A stretch of 64,000 bases of DNA from Calditrichia bacterium (lineage in GTDB: Bacteria > Calditrichota > Calditrichia > RBG-13-44-9 > J075), in the NCBI GenBank assembly GCA_050633245.1, contig JBOEGD010000026.1, positions 34,358 to 98,357 on the forward strand. Direction: 5' to 3'. The stretch's first letter is position 1. Each line of letters starts with the position of its first letter. The position numbers were made by a program, and so were the translations under genes. The notes beneath the pieces are model-generated. The model was not told the DNA's origin, made no database searches, and was given only the letters and a program-made list of their open reading frames with translations. This document shows, in pieces, positions 57,804 through 64,000 of the stretch.

Positions 57804-58670
57804 ATGCTGGAAATACAAAATTTATCCAAAACCTATGCAAATGGAACTCGCGCTTTAGATAATGTCTCCTTGTCAATCCCAAACGGGATGTTTGGATTGC
57901 TCGGACCAAATGGTGCCGGTAAATCGACATTGATTCGCACAATTGCAACGCTACAGGAACCCGATAAGGGGGAGTTGCTGTTCAGCGGAACGAATATTCG
58001 CAAAAAGCCGGAAAGCTTGCGCAAGCAGCTTGGCTATTTACCCCAGGAGTTCGGTGTTTATCCAAAGGTTTCAGCGCTGGATCTACTTGATCATATAGCG
58101 GTGCTTAAGGGCGTGCTGAAAAAGAAGGAGCGTAGAGAGCAGGTTGAAGCTCTGCTGCAGCTTACTAACTTACATGCCCATCGCAAGAAAGCAGTTAGCA
58201 CGTTTTCCGGGGGAATGCGCCAGCGTTTCGGTATCGCCCAGGCACTTTTAGGAAATCCAAAGCTGATCGTTGTCGATGAGCCGACGGCAGGATTGGATCC
58301 ACAGGAAAGAAATCGTTTTTTGAATATGTTAAGTGAGATAGGCACAAATGTCGTTGTGCTCTTATCAACACATATTGTTGAAGACGTGCGAAACTTATGT
58401 TCTCGAATGGCTATCCTGGCAGGCGGAAAGATTCTTTCTGAGGGCGTTCCAGAGGTGCTTATTGCGGAACTGAGCGGACGGCTTTGGAAAAAAACTATCG
58501 AGAAAGAGGCTGAGCCGGCTTATCGCAAAGCGTATAACGTGATTTCTTCCAAGCTGTTTGCCGGGCGAACTATTATTCATGTTATCGCCGATATTCATCC
58601 CAATAATGGGTTTGAAGCAGCAAAACCTGATCTCGAAGACGTTTATTTTTCCACACTTCTAAATAATTGA
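57804..58670 (+). CDS. ABC transporter ATP-binding protein
   Basis: GPNGAGKS, FSGGM, VDEPTAGLD. Confidence 0.95.
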   Translation: MLEIQNLSKTYANGTRALDNVSLSIPNGMFGLLGPNGAGKSTLIRTIATLQEPDKGELLFSGTNIRKKPESLRKQLGYLPQEFGVYPKVSALDLLDHIAVLKGVLKKKERREQVEALLQLTNLHAHRKKAVSTFSGGMRQRFGIAQALLGNPKLIVVDEPTAGLDPQERNRFLNMLSEIGTNVVVLLSTHIVEDVRNLCSRMAILAGGKILSEGVPEVLIAELSGRLWKKTIEKEAEPAYRKAYNVISSKLFAGRTIIHVIADIHPNNGFEAAKPDLEDVYFSTLLNN

Positions 58671-58709
58671 TCAGAACGAAAACACTTAGAATATTGTCAC
58701 GAGGCGTTG

Positions 58710-61700
58710 ATGCTTGGTAAACTTATCGGTTTTGAATGGCGCTTTTATAGCCGCCAATTACTCTTTTTTATAGCCGCCATTTTATATGTGCTCCTTGGAA
58801 TAGCCGGAACCAAAGGAAATTTTGGTGGATTAGATGTGCATATTAACTCTCCTTTTGTCGTTACCTATTTCCTGACGCTCCTCTCTCTGAAATCTATCTT
58901 TCCGGTGACAATATTTTGTGCAAGCGGTGTTCTGCGTGATAAGTCTTACCTGATGGAAGAGATTGTTTACACGACATCAATTAGTAAGTTTGGCTATCTG
59001 TTTAGTCGATTTATTGGGCTGTTTTTGGCATCATGGGCGATTCTTGTTTGCGCGGCTGTTGGAATGCTGATTGGTTCTGCCATGGCAGACCAGTCACAAA
59101 TTGGGCCAATCCAACTTTGGAATTACCTTTATCCACTAATTATATTTTGCATTCCCAACGTACTGTTTGCCTGTGGTATTTGTTTTACAATTGCTCTTCT
59201 TACCCGAAGCGTGGCGGCAACATATGTTGGAGGTGTTCTTGTTTACGCACTCTATTTTGTGGGTTCGATTTTGGGTAACTCCCCACTTATGGCACGTTCG
59301 ACGGCGACCGGCCCGGAGAATGAACTCTTTCCAATTTTAATTGATCCTTTTGGTTTAGTGGCCTTTTTCGATCAGGCGCGCTACTGGACAACCTTTCAAA
59401 AAAACACCCAATTTTTGCCTCTTGAGGGAGATTTCCTCGTCAATCGACTCTTTTGGCTGGGGTGTATTACAGCTCTTTTTTTATTGACGTATACCATTTT
59501 CAGTTTTCGTGTTCTATCGCGATCCAGAGAAAAAAATACCGATCTTGGTTCGGGAGTATTGGTTAAGCAAGCCTATCGTCCATGGAATGTTCAGATCAGT
59601 GGATTTGCCTATTATGTTCAAACTCTTTTTCTCGCTGCAAAATCTGAAACAAAATCAATCTTTAAGAGTGTTCCCTTTTTAGTGTTGATGGCACTGTGGA
59701 TACTCTTATTGGGAATTGATACCAGTGAATCGCTTTTTCGCGGAATGATGGGAACAAGATCTTATCCAACGACTGGTCAAATCGTATCGTTTATTCTTGA
59801 TCCACTAAGAATGTTTGGGGTTTTGTTGATCATCTTTTATGCAGGTGAACAATTCTGGCGTGAGCGTTCGGCAAATTTTAGTGAAATTATGTACGTTACC
59901 CCGATGTCAAATATTACCATATTGCTATCCAAATGGCTCTCGCTTGTCTGCATGATTTTTTCATTTATTGGAGTGGGAATTCTAGTTGGAATCTGTATTC
60001 AAATTGCCAGCGGATATATCCACTTTGAACTCGAAAAATATGCCCGGCTCTTTTATTATGGCGGGGGTCCACTACTTCTTATCGCAGCTTTTGCACTAAT
60101 TGTGCAACTGGCGGTGGGTAGAAAATACCCTGCGATGCTAATAACAGGCATCTTCTTCTTTTTGATTTATACACCACGAGACTTTGGCTTTGAGCATCCT
60201 TTGTTGAGATTTGCGATGATGCCGCCGGTGTCGTTTAGCGACATGAACGGATTTGGACATTACGCGGATTCTTTTCATTGGCGAATGCTATATTGGGCCG
60301 GCATTTCTGTTTTGCTAATTCTTGGAGGGCATCTCATTTGGCGTCGCGGGACTGAAAATGGTATAAGCAAAAGGCTGAATTTCTCGCCTGCGCTTCCTGG
60401 CCATATATCCGGAATACTTGTCGGGTTGGTGACGTTCAGCATTCTTGTCGGCGGTTACATCCTCTATCAAACCAACTACAAGAACTCCTATCAAACGATA
60501 ATGGAGCAGTTAGCGTTTCGTGCGGATTACGAAAAGAAATATTGCGAATATAAGTGGTTGTCTCATCCGATAATAGTTGGGGTAAAAACAACGGTTGATT
60601 TGTTTCCAGAGGAAATGCGCTATTCGGTTAAGGGGCATCTGCTGGTGGAAAATAAACACGATGATCCCATAAACACCATTCTGATTGGCGTGGATCCAGA
60701 GGTCAGCAATGTGCATCTGGAGATCTCAGGTAGTGAGTTGTTGGAGGAGGATCAGCGATTTAAGAATTTTCGTTATCGACTGGATCCCGTGCTTTTACCT
60801 GGTGAGCGGCGAGAGATACACTTTTCTACCGAGGTGTTGCGCAATAGCTTTGTTGCATTTAACAGCGAACATTCGGTTCAAAAAAACGGCTCTTATATTG
60901 AGATGGAAAAATATCTGCCGTTCTTCGGTTTTTCAGATAAAATACAGTTGAGTAAACCAGCTCAAAGACTTGCTGTTGGTCTATCTCGAGACCCGAAAGC
61001 GTGTAGCCGGGCTGAAAGCCAAGAATATCAGTGGATCGACTTTGAATCAACTATTTCAACCACGGTCGGACAGACTGTTGTTTCGGTTGGTAATTTAGTC
61101 AACAATTGGACGAAGGAGGGGCGTTCTTACTTTCACTATAAATCCTCTCAGCCAATTCCATATATGTTTGCATTCTCATCTGCGTTTTACGAAAAGATGG
61201 AGCGTCGCTATAAAGATGTTTCGCTGCAGCTATATTATCACCTCGGCCATGAATATAATGTCAAACGGCTTCTGGATAGCGGCGTATCATCTTTAAGTGT
61301 TTTCGAAAATTCATTCAGCCCATATCAATATGATGTGCTGCGGTATGCACAAATACCACATTATATCGGAGCGGCTACTGCTTATCCTTCAACATTATTT
61401 GCCACCACTGACTTCGGGTTCTTGTTAGATGTGCGTGATTCTACGAAGATGGATTATGTTTCAATGCTTTCGGCGCATGAGGTATCACATCAGTGGTGGG
61501 CGGGGCAACTTGAGCCTGTATATGAACCCGGATATAAATTTCTGACTGAAGGACTGGCACAGTATTCTGAGATTCTTGTTTTAAAGCGTCAACGTAAAGA
61601 CGGCTTTTTGAGGGAGTTTGCTGTAAATGAGCTGGATTTTTACACCATGAATAGAGGATTTGTCAGTGAAGAACGAGCACTTAAAGATGTTGAAGCGAGA

Positions 61701-62258
61701 ACGGACGCTTATGTCTATTACAATAAGGGAGCGATTGTTTTGATGGCTCTTGATGATCTTCTTGGTGAAGAAATAGTGAATGGTGTTTTACAGGACCTTT
61801 TAGAAGAACACCGTATTCCCTCGCGAAAGGCAACGATAGCCGACTTTTTACAAAAGCTTTATGCGATTGCACCGCCAGAGCGTCTTGCAACAGTTAAAGA
61901 GTGGTTGGAAGAAGTGACTTCTTATGACTTAAAAGTTGAGAATGTTGTCGTTACCGAACTTGAGGATCAGAGATTCAGGGTTGAGGTTGCTGTTGATGCA
62001 GGAAAGCGGTCGTGGGATAAAGGGGGTAAACCAACGAATCGTGATTTGGATGAGGAGTTACAAATTGGTCTTTTTCGGGAACATCCTGATCGTGATGGAA
62101 CGGAAAATAATGTGCTTTTGCTAGAGAAACATCGTTTTCGCTCTGGCAAAACGGTCGTTGAGCTGATCGTGGATGAGCGTCCTTCAGTGGTTGGAATTGA
62201 TCCAATGCACCTAAGAGTTGATTTAAATCGCTATAATAATTTTAGTAGCGTTGAATGA
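58710..62258 (+). CDS. ABC-2 permease / M1 aminopeptidase fusion
   Basis: Two multi-TM halves, then AHEVSHQWW...LTEGLAQYS, YNKG. Confidence 0.9.
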   Translation: MLGKLIGFEWRFYSRQLLFFIAAILYVLLGIAGTKGNFGGLDVHINSPFVVTYFLTLLSLKSIFPVTIFCASGVLRDKSYLMEEIVYTTSISKFGYLFSRFIGLFLASWAILVCAAVGMLIGSAMADQSQIGPIQLWNYLYPLIIFCIPNVLFACGICFTIALLTRSVAATYVGGVLVYALYFVGSILGNSPLMARSTATGPENELFPILIDPFGLVAFFDQARYWTTFQKNTQFLPLEGDFLVNRLFWLGCITALFLLTYTIFSFRVLSRSREKNTDLGSGVLVKQAYRPWNVQISGFAYYVQTLFLAAKSETKSIFKSVPFLVLMALWILLLGIDTSESLFRGMMGTRSYPTTGQIVSFILDPLRMFGVLLIIFYAGEQFWRERSANFSEIMYVTPMSNITILLSKWLSLVCMIFSFIGVGILVGICIQIASGYIHFELEKYARLFYYGGGPLLLIAAFALIVQLAVGRKYPAMLITGIFFFLIYTPRDFGFEHPLLRFAMMPPVSFSDMNGFGHYADSFHWRMLYWAGISVLLILGGHLIWRRGTENGISKRLNFSPALPGHISGILVGLVTFSILVGGYILYQTNYKNSYQTIMEQLAFRADYEKKYCEYKWLSHPIIVGVKTTVDLFPEEMRYSVKGHLLVENKHDDPINTILIGVDPEVSNVHLEISGSELLEEDQRFKNFRYRLDPVLLPGERREIHFSTEVLRNSFVAFNSEHSVQKNGSYIEMEKYLPFFGFSDKIQLSKPAQRLAVGLSRDPKACSRAESQEYQWIDFESTISTTVGQTVVSVGNLVNNWTKEGRSYFHYKSSQPIPYMFAFSSAFYEKMERRYKDVSLQLYYHLGHEYNVKRLLDSGVSSLSVFENSFSPYQYDVLRYAQIPHYIGAATAYPSTLFATTDFGFLLDVRDSTKMDYVSMLSAHEVSHQWWAGQLEPVYEPGYKFLTEGLAQYSEILVLKRQRKDGFLREFAVNELDFYTMNRGFVSEERALKDVEARTDAYVYYNKGAIVLMALDDLLGEEIVNGVLQDLLEEHRIPSRKATIADFLQKLYAIAPPERLATVKEWLEEVTSYDLKVENVVVTELEDQRFRVEVAVDAGKRSWDKGGKPTNRDLDEELQIGLFREHPDRDGTENNVLLLEKHRFRSGKTVVELIVDERPSVVGIDPMHLRVDLNRYNNFSSVE

Positions 62259-62404
62259 CGCAATTGAGTGGGCTATTGGATATGCTTTTGGGGATATGAT
62301 TGATAGGATGTTGTTGGAAACGGTGTGGAAAATTGAGGGATTATTTGATCTTTGTTGGTGGTTCTTAAAGATTTTTTCAAAATTTCGATGGTTTTTTCTA
62401 AGAA

Positions 62405-62435
62405 AGACTGCTCCATTCTAACAATGCTCCAGTCT
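62405..62435 (+). repeat. Family A copy 5
   Basis: Identical to copy 3. Confidence 0.92.
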
Positions 62436-62627
62436 GTTTTTTTCCCTTAGACTCTTTCCTTTTCGGCTGCGCTGAAGGTCATCTGTCTTTCTTCTTTTGA
62501 GATGGCCTCCCCAAGTTATGCAATATTAGTAGTTGCGTAGGTTCTTTCCTTGTTGGTTCAAGTTTCTGGATTACCTTTTCAAAAAACGGTGGTTTTTTTC
62601 TAAGTATATAGTACCCCGAAAGCTCCC

Positions 62628-62658
62628 AGACTGCTCCAGTCTGACAATGCTCCAGTCT
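62628..62658 (+). repeat. Family A copy 6, 28 nt before the RAYT start
   Basis: AGACTGCTCCAGTCTGACAATGCTCCAGTCT. Confidence 0.92.
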
Positions 62659-62686
62659 GGCATCCAAAAAAACAATCGGAGCCACC

Positions 62687-63307
62687 ATGTCTAAAACAAA
62701 CTTTCCACTACTCCCAGGTAAATATTATCACATCTACAACCGCGGAAATAATCGCCGAATGATTTTCTTTGAAGAACGTAATTATGAGTACTTTCTTCGA
62801 CTCTATGCAAAACACATCAATCCGGTAGCGGAGACCTATGCTTACTGTCTTATGAAAAATCACTTCCACGCACTGGTGCGAATTAAATCGGAAAGTGAAA
62901 GACGTATTGGAAGTCAATCTGAAATATCAGAGCTAAAACCAGCCTGGCGTCACTTCAATAATTTCTTTATTGCCTACTCTAAGGGAATGAATAAAGCGTA
63001 TGATAGATCTGGCAGCATGATGGAAAAGCCATACCGGCGTAAACTGATTGATTCCGATTACTATTTTCTTAAATTGATTACGTATATCCATCTAAATCCG
63101 CAGAAGCACCAACAGGTAACAGATTACCGTTTGTGGCCATGGTCCTCTTATCAGGAGATGCAGCTACCGTTTCGGAAGCAGTTGATTGTTGCCGGATCTG
63201 AAGTGCTCGAAATATGTGGCGGATTTAAAGCTTTCCAGGCAATTCACGCGCTACAGATAAATCAAATGAAAGAAACTGGAGATCCGTATGAAGATATGTT
63301 TCATTAG
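62687..63307 (+). mobile_element. REP-associated tyrosine transposase (RAYT/TnpA-REP, Y1 HUH)
   Basis: YHIYNRGNN..IF, YAYCLMKNHFH (HUH), YIHLNP catalytic Tyr, WPWSSY. Confidence 0.92.
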
Positions 63308-63749
63308 CTTGATTTCCATTGCCTTGCTGATTGGCTGTGCGGAAGAAAAGGATTCGAATACCAGACAGTTGGAGCGTTTGGAGCTAGAGATCGGGGAGCT
63401 GACGAAGCGACTTGAAAACTTGCCTGACCGTAAGGTTGGCTTAACACATTTAGTTTTTTTAGATTTGAAGAGTGATCTTTTGCCAGAGCAGCTTGAGGGG
63501 ATCATGGAGAAAGTCAATCAGCTTGGCGAAATTGCCAACGTGCAGAGTTTTAACATTGGACGCTATCAGGATGTCGGTGATCCGCGTGCGATGTCTCAAT
63601 ACGAGATAGTGCTTGAGCTGCTGTTTGAAAATGCTGCCCGGCTTGCTTCATACCAGCAGAATGAGCAGCATCTTGCCATTCGTGCAGAGCTCAAAAAGTA
63701 TCTTGCTGGTCCGCCAGTTGTGTACGACTATTTAATACATCGTGAGTAA
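63288..63749 (+). CDS. Dabb (stress-responsive A/B barrel) lipoprotein
   Basis: Lipobox LIGC, coiled coil, HLVFL..., YQQNEQH, VVYDY. Confidence 0.78.
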   Translation: MKICFISLISIALLIGCAEEKDSNTRQLERLELEIGELTKRLENLPDRKVGLTHLVFLDLKSDLLPEQLEGIMEKVNQLGEIANVQSFNIGRYQDVGDPRAMSQYEIVLELLFENAARLASYQQNEQHLAIRAELKKYLAGPPVVYDYLIHRE

Positions 63750-63783
63750 CGCCTGCATGAAAAAGGATGGTAACGTTGAATGT

Positions 63784-63951
63784 ATGTACGCTCTCTATCG
63801 CCAGGACGATAATGGTAATGTGTTTCTTATTCAGAAAAATCTAAGCCGCAGCAAAGCCACGGATTTAATGAAAGAATATGAAGCACGTGGACACAAACAG
63901 ACTTGTTGGGTTTGTCGGCAGTTAACAGATGGTAAGATCAGTGAGAAATAA
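63784..63951 (+). CDS. Small conserved hypothetical protein (RQDDNGN...GHKQ motif)
   Basis: MYALYRQDDNGNVF...YEARGHKQTCWV; start uncertain. Confidence 0.6.
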   Translation: MYALYRQDDNGNVFLIQKNLSRSKATDLMKEYEARGHKQTCWVCRQLTDGKISEK

Positions 63952-63978
63952 TGAGAAATAAATAAAGTTATACATTTT

Positions 63979-64000
63979 CGACTGCCGACTGCCGACTGCC
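63979..64000 (+). repeat. Heptamer array (CGACTGC)3+, cut by window end
   Basis: Read directly. Confidence 0.85.

Noticed and set aside
21526-62658. Family A repeats as mini-CRISPR arrays
   Set aside because: Only two copies per locus, irregular start-to-start spacing (101-223 nt), shared flanks, no cas genes; RAYT adjacency explains them better
1102-63517. Numerous short antisense/alternate-frame ORFs in the track
   Set aside because: Shadow ORFs of well-supported genes, without motifs or SD sites

Overview
Gene-dense bacterial chromosomal segment (~45% GC by eye) with about 60 CDS and no rRNA, tRNA or CRISPR array. Four large secreted proteins end in the 'QNYPNPFNP' FlgD-Ig/Por-secretion-type tail, pointing to an FCB-related lineage such as Calditrichota/KSB1 (inference). 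Content is mostly peptidases (S37, M14, S9B, M16 pair, rhomboid, CPBP, M1 fusion), hflKC, aceK, nudC, a PIN-PhoH protein, an ABC-F, an ECF sigma/anti-sigma pair, LytS/LytTR, several methyltransferases, a dinJ-yafQ locus with frameshifted toxin and a REP-associated tyrosine transposase (RAYT). Most notable: (1) a butanediol-dehydrogenase-like protein lacking its catalytic Zn-Cys motif, translationally coupled to an orphan PAS histidine kinase (candidate pseudo-enzyme sensor system); (2) a 31-nt hairpin repeat present six times in three direct-oriented pairs, one pair forming the RAYT 5' leader and a copy of that leader sitting in front of an unrelated methyltransferase gene; (3) a DUF3179 selenoprotein split in the ORF track by an in-frame TGA with a SECIS-like hairpin; (4) an M14 carboxypeptidase whose propeptide-like module appears to be a separate upstream lipoprotein; (5) an untracked 31-aa membrane peptide ending GQCPVP; (6) further dispersed palindromic families and heptamer tandem arrays. 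All family assignments are from motif recognition, not database searches.
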